A stretch of DNA of 64,000 nt from a virus (lineage: Duplodnaviria > Caudoviricetes): positions 25,770-89,769 of the IMG/VR virus record IMGVR_UViG_2767802080_000001. One strand, 5' to 3'. Below the pieces are notes generated by a model. The model did not search any database. It was not told the origin of the DNA and worked only from the letters and a program-made list of their open reading frames with translations. The position numbers were made by a program, and so were the translations under genes. Below, piece after piece: positions 56,613 to 64,000 of the stretch. Numbering within the stretch: the stretch's first letter is position 1; each line of letters begins with the position of its first letter.

Positions 56613-57332
56613 GTGGCCGATGTCTGTGTGTGCAGTGACTACTTCACGGTCGACAATGACGGCCGACTCTGCCTTGTGCCGGGCACGATGGGCCTCCGCG
56701 AGATCCTGGAGTTCAAGGAGGCGGGCACCTTCGCCTTCGAGAAGGCCGACTATCCGTGGCTCGCGCGGGTCTTCGTCCGTGTGCAGGGCGCAGGGGGCGG
56801 CTCGGCGGGTGCGAACGCCGCGGCCAACGAAACGATCGTGCGTCCCGGTGGCGCGGGGGGCGGCTACTCGGAGCGGCTGATCCTGGCCTCGACGCTCGGG
56901 GCGTCGGAGTCCGTCGTCGTGGGCGCGGGCGGGGCGGGCGGGACGGGCAACAACGCGGGCAGCGCCGGGGGCTCGTCGTCCTTCGGCGGTCTGGTGACGG
57001 CGAACGGGGGTGCGGGCGGGACAGCAGCGCAGTCCTCGGGCACGGTCGCGGACGCTGTGCAGGGCCCTGCGGGTCCGCTCGCCGGTACAGGTGACTGGGC
57101 GATGGGCGGCGGCGCCGGGGGCGGCGGCGTACGCCTGAGCTCGTCCAACGGCCTGTCAGGGATCGGCGGACAGAGCCACCTTGGGCACGGCGGTGTCGCG
57201 CGCTCCCAGGAGGGGGCGGGGACGTCCTCGCGCGGCTACGGGGGCGGCGCGGGCGGCGCCCTGTCCTATGGCGGGTCGTACGACGGCGGCGACGGCGGGA
57301 ACGGCATCGTGATCGTGGAGCTCCACGGCTGA
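56613..57332 (+). CDS. Glycine-rich tail fibre-like protein
   Basis: GAGGG..GGAGGGY..GGNGIVIVE glycine-rich domain. Confidence 0.8.
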   Translation: MADVCVCSDYFTVDNDGRLCLVPGTMGLREILEFKEAGTFAFEKADYPWLARVFVRVQGAGGGSAGANAAANETIVRPGGAGGGYSERLILASTLGASESVVVGAGGAGGTGNNAGSAGGSSSFGGLVTANGGAGGTAAQSSGTVADAVQGPAGPLAGTGDWAMGGGAGGGGVRLSSSNGLSGIGGQSHLGHGGVARSQEGAGTSSRGYGGGAGGALSYGGSYDGGDGGNGIVIVELHG

Positions 57333-57345
57333 CCCCCGCAGCTGC

Positions 57346-57490
57346 GTCCGGACACGCTGTCCGCGCCCGTGTCCGGACGCTGTCCAGCCTGGCCACAGGG
57401 CTACCCTCGGCGCCATCCGGACGCGGGCGCGGCGTCGTCCGGACGGCATCGGCTGGCTGTCCGGACGGCGGGCGGCGGGGGTGTCCGGCG
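57346..57490. repeat. Cluster of (G/A)TCCGGAC palindromes
   Basis: Copies at 57346, 57371, 57415, 57437, 57459. Confidence 0.7.
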
Positions 57491-57526
57491 TAGACTCGGG
57501 GCGCTGCCGCTGGTTCTGGGCCGGGC
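57491..57526 (+). promoter_or_regulatory. Late-gene element copy 8 (TAGACT + motif)
   Basis: Intergenic. Confidence 0.8.
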
Positions 57527-57552
57527 GATCCACCCATCAAGGGGAGGACGCC

Positions 57553-58533
57553 GTGGCCAGGTGCGGATGCGGCGGGGGCAGTTGCAACTGCTCCATCGAG
57601 GCCGGAGAGAACGTCACCGTCGATGGCAGCGGAACCATCGCGAACCCGTATGTGATCTCCGCCGGGGACCCCGACTGTTCCGTGGTCCGCCCCTGTATCT
57701 CCGCCGGGGACGGCGCCTCGTACAACTCCGGCACCGGTGTCGTGACTGCCCGCCTGTCCGGGGACGCCGGGAACCTGATGGAGTTCGGCGCCGACGGCGG
57801 ACTGTACGTCGAAACCGACTGCCCTACCGTCCGGCAGTGCTTCAGCGCGGGCGACGGCGCCGAATACGACGCGTCCACAGGCGTGTTCTCGGCGCGACTG
57901 TCGACGGACGCTGGGAACAACATCATCTTCGGCGGAGACAGCGGCCTCTACGTGCCAACCGGGGCAGCGACGGTGAGCGTGGACTGCGGCCTCACCGGCA
58001 ACGGCTCGGCGGGCAACCCGCTCACGGCCGCCGTCGGCACCTGGCCCTACCCCTGCAACCTGGACGCCGAGGCCGGACAGGTCTACTGCGACAGCACCGG
58101 GGTACTGCGCGGCGAGCCCCGGCCGGTCGCCGCATTCCAGCAGAACCAGCAGATCCTCAACCCCGCCAACCTGGCGGTCCCCGCAGCGCAGGACACCGAG
58201 GTTGCGACCCACACCCTGAACATCCTGAACCCCGACTCCTGCCGCGACGCCTTCGTGATGCTCGAGGCGGAGGTGGACGCGGACTTCGACCTTCCCTCAG
58301 GCAACAGCAGTGCCGCCCTTGGCATCACGACGGACGAGATGTCGTTCGTCTTCAACAAGGGCGCCACGGCAGCCCTCGACGTCCATATCCAGGGCACCAA
58401 GGTGATCAACCAGACCATTCCAGCAGGCGGCAACCTCAACTTCGTCCTCTCCATCACCATGGGCCGCGGCAGCGGTGGCGCTACCTACAACCGCATCCAG
58501 TCCTTCCTCCGCGCGTTCGTCTTCGTCCTGTAA
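57553..58533 (+). CDS. Tail fibre-like protein with internal duplication
   Basis: Starts MARCGCGGGSCNC; duplicated DC..VR.C.SAGDGA.Y..ARLS.DAGN..FG.D.GLYV. Confidence 0.75.
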   Translation: MARCGCGGGSCNCSIEAGENVTVDGSGTIANPYVISAGDPDCSVVRPCISAGDGASYNSGTGVVTARLSGDAGNLMEFGADGGLYVETDCPTVRQCFSAGDGAEYDASTGVFSARLSTDAGNNIIFGGDSGLYVPTGAATVSVDCGLTGNGSAGNPLTAAVGTWPYPCNLDAEAGQVYCDSTGVLRGEPRPVAAFQQNQQILNPANLAVPAAQDTEVATHTLNILNPDSCRDAFVMLEAEVDADFDLPSGNSSAALGITTDEMSFVFNKGATAALDVHIQGTKVINQTIPAGGNLNFVLSITMGRGSGGATYNRIQSFLRAFVFVL

Positions 58534-58544
58534 GGGGCCCGATC

Positions 58545-58841
58545 GTGGAATCAGCAACGGTGTACTACCGGCGCGCCGACGGCGTACTGGTTGAACAGAC
58601 CGCCTCAGACGGCGCCCTGCCTGAACTCCCCGAGGGCGCGGCCCGGCTGACGGCTAAGGAGTACAAGGGGGCGCTGAAGGAGGTGGAGGCTGCGCGCAGG
58701 GAGCACGCCGCCGCGCTCACTGCCCAGGACGAGGAGCGGGCCCGCGGCGACTACGAGGCGCTGCGGGCCGCCGGCATTCCGGAGGGCACCGCGCGGCGCC
58801 TGACCGGCTACGCAGGGGCGGACGGAGAGGGCGATGGCTGA
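58545..58841 (+). CDS. Small tail-associated protein
   Basis: 98 aa after fibre gene. Confidence 0.6.
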   Translation: MESATVYYRRADGVLVEQTASDGALPELPEGAARLTAKEYKGALKEVEAARREHAAALTAQDEERARGDYEALRAAGIPEGTARRLTGYAGADGEGDG

Positions 58842-58856
58842 TCGGCCCGGGGGACG

Positions 58857-58893
58857 TACACTCACTCGCCACGCCGCTGGTTGTGGGCCGGGC
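58857..58893 (+). promoter_or_regulatory. Late-gene element copy 9 (TACACT + motif)
   Basis: Upstream of lysis-proximal genes. Confidence 0.8.
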
Positions 58894-58920
58894 TGACGAA
58901 CTTCCCCCAGGGGAGGGGCC

Positions 58921-59436
58921 TTGACCATGTGCGGCTGCATCCATCCTGGTGTGCTGGTGTGCTCCCTCAAGCGGGACATCCCGCAGGAGATCGAGCCCGG
59001 CGGGTATCACATCGTCCGCTTCCCCTTCAGCGATGACGAGTCGTACGACGCGCACGCCATGCACCAGTCCATCCAGCCCGACGCCTTCGTGATCAATGAC
59101 GACGGATGGGATGACGACGACCGGTCGGGCCTGATCTGGCCGACCCGGTCAGGGTGGGGCACCCTGCACGCCCTGATTCAGTGGGGGAGCCCGGCGGCCA
59201 CGGCGACCGAGTACCGGGACCAGTTCGTACGTGACCCCCTGGGGCTGTTCGCTCCTCCCGACACCACGGCGACCGACCACCGGGCGCCGAGTCCGGGCGG
59301 GCAGTACTGGAGCAAGACGCACGGGATCTTCGTGCATCCGGGCGTGCCCCTGGCGCTGCGCGTCGCGCACAACGCGCCGATCCCGCTGGCCCTCACGCTC
59401 GCCGAGTTCAAGCTCGCGATCCACCCGGCCGCCTGA
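58921..59436 (+). CDS. Hypothetical protein
   Basis: 171 aa; GGGGAGG RBS. Confidence 0.65.
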   Translation: MTMCGCIHPGVLVCSLKRDIPQEIEPGGYHIVRFPFSDDESYDAHAMHQSIQPDAFVINDDGWDDDDRSGLIWPTRSGWGTLHALIQWGSPAATATEYRDQFVRDPLGLFAPPDTTATDHRAPSPGGQYWSKTHGIFVHPGVPLALRVAHNAPIPLALTLAEFKLAIHPAA

Positions 59437-59462
59437 CCGCTCTACCCGTCTGGAGGTACTCC

Positions 59463-59738
59463 ATGAGCTCGTGCGATTCCAAGGACCTGACCCCGCGTGT
59501 GGGCTTCACTGTCCACTACGTCAGCCACGGGACGCCCGTGCGCGAGGACGGTACGCAGGCCTTCACGCCCGCGTGCCGGGCCGCGATCGTCACCGAGGTG
59601 GACGAGGACGACCCGTTCCACCTCGGCCTGTGCGTGCTGAACCCGACTGGCCAGTTCTTCCACCCGCTCGCTGCGGGCGGATGCCACTTCTCCGATGAGC
59701 CCCGGGAGGGCGGCACGTGGCACTGGATTGACGACTAG
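59463..59738 (+). CDS. Hypothetical phage protein
   Basis: P.VG..VHYVS..CRAAIVTEV..GGTWHW. Confidence 0.7.
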   Translation: MSSCDSKDLTPRVGFTVHYVSHGTPVREDGTQAFTPACRAAIVTEVDEDDPFHLGLCVLNPTGQFFHPLAAGGCHFSDEPREGGTWHWIDD

Positions 59739-59741
59739 GCC

Positions 59742-60674
59742 ATGAGGTTCGTCGAGCGTGAGGAGTGGGGCGCCCCGGCGGCGTCCCCGGCCGCGTACCT
59801 GGCGAAGGCCCGCGGGGTGAAGGTCCACTACCTGGGGACGGAGTACACGAGCCGGGCGCACCCGCTGTGCGATGACGTCGTGCGCTCCATCCGCGCCTCG
59901 CACCTGGCCAACGTGGCGGAGGGGTACGTCGATATCGCGTACACCGCGCTGGTCTGCGAGCACGGCGCGGTGTTCGAGGGGCGCGGCACGCACAAGCGGC
60001 CCGGCGCGAACGGGAGCGCCGTCCTCAACACCACGGACTACGCGGTCTGTGCGCTGCTGGGCAGTGAGGGCATGACGGTGCCCACGGACCCGATGCTCAA
60101 CGGCCTGGTCGACGCCGTCGAGTGGCTGCGCCGCAGCGGCGACGCGGGGGACTGGGTGGGTGGCCACCGCGACGGCTACGCCACCGAGTGCCCGGGCGAT
60201 GCGCTGTACGCGTGGATCGAGCGCGGGGCGGGGCGTCCGGAGGTGGCGCGGCCGCGGCCGGTGCCTCCGGGCGCGTACGCGGTGCGGCTGCACGACACCC
60301 TGGCGGCGGTCGCCCGGCGCCTCGACGTCGACTGGCGTGACCTGGCCGCCGTGAACGGGCTGCGTCCCCCGTACACGATCTATCCGGGGCAGATCCTGCA
60401 CCTGCCCCGCACCCCTGACCGGGTGGCGGTGCCGTTTCCCGGGAGCGGTGCGTTCCTCCTCGGCCGGGCGCATCCGGCGGTCCTGACGCTGGACGAGGGT
60501 CTGATCGAGAAGGGCTTCACCCGGCACCACGACGGCAACGGCTACCAGCGTGGCCCGGTGTTCTCCGAGTTCACGCGCCGCAACGTCGCGGACTTCCAGC
60601 GCTCGCACGCTGCGCTGCGCGGCAACCCGGACGGCATTCCGGGGCCGGTCACCTGGCAGCTCCTCCTCACCTGA
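59742..60674 (+). CDS. Endolysin: amidase_2 + LysM + peptidoglycan-binding domain
   Basis: DIAY..VFEGRG..GHRD..TECPG; LAAVNGL..IYPGQIL; DGIPGPVTW. Confidence 0.9.
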   Translation: MRFVEREEWGAPAASPAAYLAKARGVKVHYLGTEYTSRAHPLCDDVVRSIRASHLANVAEGYVDIAYTALVCEHGAVFEGRGTHKRPGANGSAVLNTTDYAVCALLGSEGMTVPTDPMLNGLVDAVEWLRRSGDAGDWVGGHRDGYATECPGDALYAWIERGAGRPEVARPRPVPPGAYAVRLHDTLAAVARRLDVDWRDLAAVNGLRPPYTIYPGQILHLPRTPDRVAVPFPGSGAFLLGRAHPAVLTLDEGLIEKGFTRHHDGNGYQRGPVFSEFTRRNVADFQRSHAALRGNPDGIPGPVTWQLLLT

Positions 60675-60684
60675 TGGGAGATCA

Positions 60685-61092
60685 ATGATCCCCGAGCCGA
60701 CGGGCATTCACGGCCTGGACCAAGTGCTGATCTGGGGTGGGGCACTGTCGCTGCTCCTCGGACTGGGCGCGGGAGCGTGGCGGCTGGTGCGTGCCGGCAT
60801 GCGGTTCGCTGGCCGCGTCGACCACCTCATCGACGACTGGTGCGGAGAGCCCGCCCGGCCCGGCGTCCCGGCCAGGCCCGGGGTGATGGAGCGCGTGGCG
60901 GGTATCGAGGCGCAGATGAGTGACCTCCACGGGAGGGTGCAGGGCATGGAGCACGAACTCCACCCCAACGACGGTGACTCCTTGCGTGATGCCGTCGACC
61001 TGGCGAACTGCCGCCTCGCGCGGCTGGCTCAGCTCTTCCCGGACGCCGATGGGAACTGCCCGCCTTCAGGGCCGCCGACCGGCGCGCCCTGA
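60685..61092 (+). CDS. Membrane/coiled-coil protein next to the endolysin
   Basis: One TM; PGVMER..HELHPNDGDSLRDAV. Confidence 0.7.
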   Translation: MIPEPTGIHGLDQVLIWGGALSLLLGLGAGAWRLVRAGMRFAGRVDHLIDDWCGEPARPGVPARPGVMERVAGIEAQMSDLHGRVQGMEHELHPNDGDSLRDAVDLANCRLARLAQLFPDADGNCPPSGPPTGAP

Positions 61093-61198
61093 GCGACGGT
61101 GCGGGCCAAGTGGCCTCGCGTGAGCCTTAGTTCCCAGGTCAGCGGCGGCGTGTCCGGTATCGTCTGCCGTGTCCATTGCTGGTGCATAACTCGGGGTC

Positions 61199-61236
61199 GC
61201 GTCCCGCTCTCCCTCATCCCCGGAGAGCGGGACGCT
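61199..61236. terminator. Stem-loop ending the late region
   Basis: gcgtcccgctctcc / ggagagcgggacgc. Confidence 0.6.
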
Positions 61237-61242
61237 CGCGTT

Positions 61243-61416
61243 TCAGGCAGCCTTGACGATCTCGCCGCGTGACGTCTTCACCCACAGCCAGAGCAGGCGC
61301 CTGTACTCCTCCGCGCGCTGGTCACTGACTGGTTGCTCCATGAGGCGGCGGATCGCCGTGTTGATGTCGTCGAGGGCGGGCGGCATCTGGCCGCCGGGCC
61401 CGGAGCGGGGGGACAT
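61243..61416 (-). CDS. Small hypothetical protein divergent from the XRE gene
   Basis: 57 aa; INTAIRRL..EYRRLL..W. Confidence 0.5.
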   Translation of the reverse strand: MSPRSGPGGQMPPALDDINTAIRRLMEQPVSDQRAEEYRRLLWLWVKTSRGEIVKAA

Positions 61417-61551
61417 GCCCACCACCGTATGCGGAGGCACTGACAGCCCGCCCGGCCGATTACAGGCCAGTGCCCCTACAACTCCCGGGAGCGGTAGGGG
61501 CACTGTCGGAGTACCGTTCTGAATTGTCGAGGTCAGAACGAGGAGACCAGT

Positions 61552-62796
61552 ATGCCCCTCAGCAGCGACGAACACATTGGAACGCGCGTACGTATCGCGC
61601 GGAATGCCGCGGGCCTGACTCAAGCGGAACTCGCGGGCCTCCTGGGCCGGACAGAGTGCTGGCTCGCACACGTGGAGAGCGGCCGTCGGCCGCTGGAGCG
61701 TTTCTCAGTGATCACAGCCATCGCCCACGAATGCGACGTCGACGTCGTATGGCTCTTGGGGATGCCTTACCGGCTGGCCGGAGACAAGGGGGCGGTGGGC
61801 CACGCGTACATCCCGGCCCTGCGCACAGGACTCAGGCGCGCCGGGCTGATCCTCTCCGGACATCCCGGCCTCACCGCCCAGGGGATGCCGGTCGACCTGG
61901 CAGCGGCAGGCGCCACGTTGAAGAAGGCGAACATCGCGCGGCAGGCCGCGAACCTGCCGCGGGTCGCGCAGCTGCTCGCGCCGGTCGTGGAGGACCTGAA
62001 CACGGCCCTGCTCACTGCCGACGGCCGTGCGCGCGAGCAGGCGCTGCGGCTCATTGCGGACGCGGGCCGTACGGCCCGGATGTGCCTGAACCAGCTCGGA
62101 TACCCCGACCTCGCGTGGAGCGCGGCGGAGGTGGCCGCGGGCGCGGCGGCACAGCTTCAGGACCCGGTGCTCCAGGCGGCTGTGGCATGGGACCGCTGCG
62201 GTGCGCTTCTGCACCAGGCGTCGACACGGGAGACGGTCGCCGTGGCCGATGCGGCGCTGAGGGACCTGGAGTCCTACACGGTGGGCGCCGGGGCGCTGAA
62301 GGCGGCAGTGAGCCTGCGCGGGGCCTTGCACCTGCGCTGCGCGGTCGCTCACGCGCGGGGCGGTCAGCAGGCGGGCGCGTGGGAGCGCATCGACGAGGCA
62401 CTGATCGACGCTGACCGACTGGGCTCGGAGTGGTGCGACCTAGAGCTGCACACCGTCTTCTCCCGGGGCAACGTCCTGGTCCACGCGACCGAGGTGGGCG
62501 TCGAGGTCGAGGAGCCCGAGGAGGGCCTCCAGCGGGTGCGCGGCGTCGTCCTCGACGACCTGCCGAGCCGCGAGCGCCGGACGCACTACATGATCGACCG
62601 GGCGCGGGCGCTGCACTTCATGGGCCGGAGCCCGGCGGCGGTCGTGCAGCTGAGGAAGGCGGCCGGTGACGCCCCGTACTACGTGTTCGCGCACGCCATG
62701 GCGCGGGCCCTCGTGTCGGACCTGGCCCGGGTCGGAGTGCCCTCGCAGGCGACGGCCCTGTCCTCACTGATCAGGGATATGGAACTAGTGTCCTGA
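61552..62796 (+). CDS. XRE-family HTH transcriptional regulator with TPR-like C-terminus
   Basis: IGTRVRIAR..GLTQAELAGLLGRT..VESGRR. Confidence 0.85.
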   Translation: MPLSSDEHIGTRVRIARNAAGLTQAELAGLLGRTECWLAHVESGRRPLERFSVITAIAHECDVDVVWLLGMPYRLAGDKGAVGHAYIPALRTGLRRAGLILSGHPGLTAQGMPVDLAAAGATLKKANIARQAANLPRVAQLLAPVVEDLNTALLTADGRAREQALRLIADAGRTARMCLNQLGYPDLAWSAAEVAAGAAAQLQDPVLQAAVAWDRCGALLHQASTRETVAVADAALRDLESYTVGAGALKAAVSLRGALHLRCAVAHARGGQQAGAWERIDEALIDADRLGSEWCDLELHTVFSRGNVLVHATEVGVEVEEPEEGLQRVRGVVLDDLPSRERRTHYMIDRARALHFMGRSPAAVVQLRKAAGDAPYYVFAHAMARALVSDLARVGVPSQATALSSLIRDMELVS

Positions 62797-62921
62797 GGGT
62801 AACTCCCGTGGGAACAACGCCCCCTACTTTTTGTAGGGGGCGCGCCCCCGCGCATGCACAAGGCTTCAGGTGTCACGTTCCGTATCTGAGTGATCACCTC
62901 GGGAGTCGTGCCGTGCAGCCG

Positions 62922-63491
62922 ATGAACAACGACCCTGGAGCCTGGGCCCGCGCCTACATGGGGCTGGGCTGGCCTGTCGCCTTAGGGCATCGCTACCGCC
63001 CCCGCCAGGGGTGCACCTGCAACGACCCGACGTGCGAGCGCCCGGGGGCTCATCCCGGGCCCGGAGGGCCCCAGTACCTGACGGAGCACGAGCTCGACGA
63101 GCACCTCGAAAAGGCACCGGCGCCGTCGCTGATCGTCCCTATGGCCGACTTCGACGCTGTGACCGTGGAGCGCTATGCCGGCACGTACGTGATGGTGCAT
63201 CTGGAGTCTTCAGCGCCGGTGCCGTGCGTGATGACGCACGAGACCGCGACGTTCCTCGTCCGGCAGGGAACAGGCGCCATGGCCAAGACTCATCCGGCCG
63301 TCCACGTGACCGCAGGCGCGCGGGGCTGGCTGGCTCTCCCGCCCAGCCACGGCACCTACTGGGACACGCCGCCCTGGGACGAGGCGACGGGGGAGCCGCG
63401 CGACTTCGTCGACGGCGAGCGTGTCGGCGCGGTGCTCACGGGCATGCGTACCTGGCTCGACGGGACGGAGAGAGTGGGAGCGGTCCGGTGA
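62922..63491 (+). CDS. Bifunctional primase/polymerase N-terminal domain protein
   Basis: AYMGLGWPV..CTC..C..PGAHP..LPPS. Confidence 0.75.
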   Translation: MNNDPGAWARAYMGLGWPVALGHRYRPRQGCTCNDPTCERPGAHPGPGGPQYLTEHELDEHLEKAPAPSLIVPMADFDAVTVERYAGTYVMVHLESSAPVPCVMTHETATFLVRQGTGAMAKTHPAVHVTAGARGWLALPPSHGTYWDTPPWDEATGEPRDFVDGERVGAVLTGMRTWLDGTERVGAVR

Positions 63492-64000
63492 TCGGGGCGG
63501 CGGCCGGGGCCAACGCGCAGTCGGCGGAGACCTGGCTGTTGCGGAGCGCGCCAGAGGCCGACAGGGCCATGCTGGAATGGCACAGGGGCGGGATCGCCCT
63601 GCTGCGCTGCGGGCAGGAGTTCGCGGCCGTGCGCATGGCGGGCGCCCTGGTGGAGGCTGCCGTAGGGAGCAAGGACCTGGCCCAGGCCGCCGCGTACCTG
63701 TGCGGCGCCCTGCGCGGCCCTGTGTTCATGGACCTCTACCCACCCCGCTACTACGCCCTCGTCCCCCCGTCGACGGCGCCGCGCCCCGAGTGGCGTGTGG
63801 GCCGTCAGTTCGTCGAGTTGCTCGGGGGCGACACCTTCCTCGGCGTGCCCCGCGTGGACCGGGTGCAGCCGGAGGGAGTCCACAGCTACTGGTGCGTGCC
63901 GGTCGACCGGAGCCGGGGCCTGTGCTCCGTGACCGGCCTGGACCAGCTCGTCGCCCGCGGCCGCTGTCGGCTGCCGACGAGGGAGGTCACCGGTGAGTAG
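63488..64000 (+). CDS. Conserved actinobacterial hypothetical protein
   Basis: WL..FAAVR..GPV..YYALVPP..LGVP; GTGA overlap. Confidence 0.65.
   Translation: MIGAAAGANAQSAETWLLRSAPEADRAMLEWHRGGIALLRCGQEFAAVRMAGALVEAAVGSKDLAQAAAYLCGALRGPVFMDLYPPRYYALVPPSTAPRPEWRVGRQFVELLGGDTFLGVPRVDRVQPEGVHSYWCVPVDRSRGLCSVTGLDQLVARGRCRLPTREVTGE

Larger units (their letters stand above)
11824..61092 (+). mobile_element. Temperate siphovirus-like prophage or plasmid-phage (modification, packaging, head, tail and lysis modules); probably extends left to the window start
   Basis: Co-oriented terminase, portal, MuF, capsid, tail tube, chaperone, tape measure, minor tail and endolysin genes in canonical order. No att sites or intact integrase seen, so boundaries are approximate. 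Confidence 0.88.

Noticed and set aside
31892-58893. 21-bp repeat as a CRISPR array
   Set aside because: Copies are 0.7-12 kb apart with genes in between, and no cas genes are present.
1-64000. tRNA, rRNA, reverse transcriptase/DGR or retron
   Set aside because: No recognisable cloverleaf, rRNA, RT motif or TR/VR pair by eye; a covariance-model search was not run.

Overview
High-GC, Streptomyces-type DNA that is almost entirely one temperate siphovirus-like element with plasmid-like features, possibly a plasmid-phage. Layout from left to right: (1) membrane genes resembling plasmid spread/transfer genes (1-3.2 kb); (2) a small KorB-like repressor and three matching promoters with CTTGGCCAAG operators driving small accessory genes, including a PP2C phosphatase, an LPD29-like and a DUF3560-like protein (3.3-10.8 kb); (3) a degenerate tyrosine-recombinase-like gene; (4) a tightly coupled cluster of ParB-like x2, GP88-like, DegT aminotransferase, Ino1, PAPS-reductase-like x2, IbrB-like and cupin genes next to the terminase, probably for DNA modification (11.8-20.2 kb); (5) terminase and a 590-bp non-autonomous IR-bounded cassette; (6) head, decoration, glycosylation, tail and lysis genes (24.9-61.1 kb); (7) an XRE / Prim-Pol locus. 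Main highlights: the inositol/aminotransferase/PAPS-reductase cluster, nine co-oriented copies of a 21-bp element each just downstream of a TAnnnT box, very Cys-rich structural proteins beside a Cys-free tape measure, a MuF-2H phosphoesterase fusion and a virion glycosylation module. All calls come from reading motifs by eye; no database searches were run.
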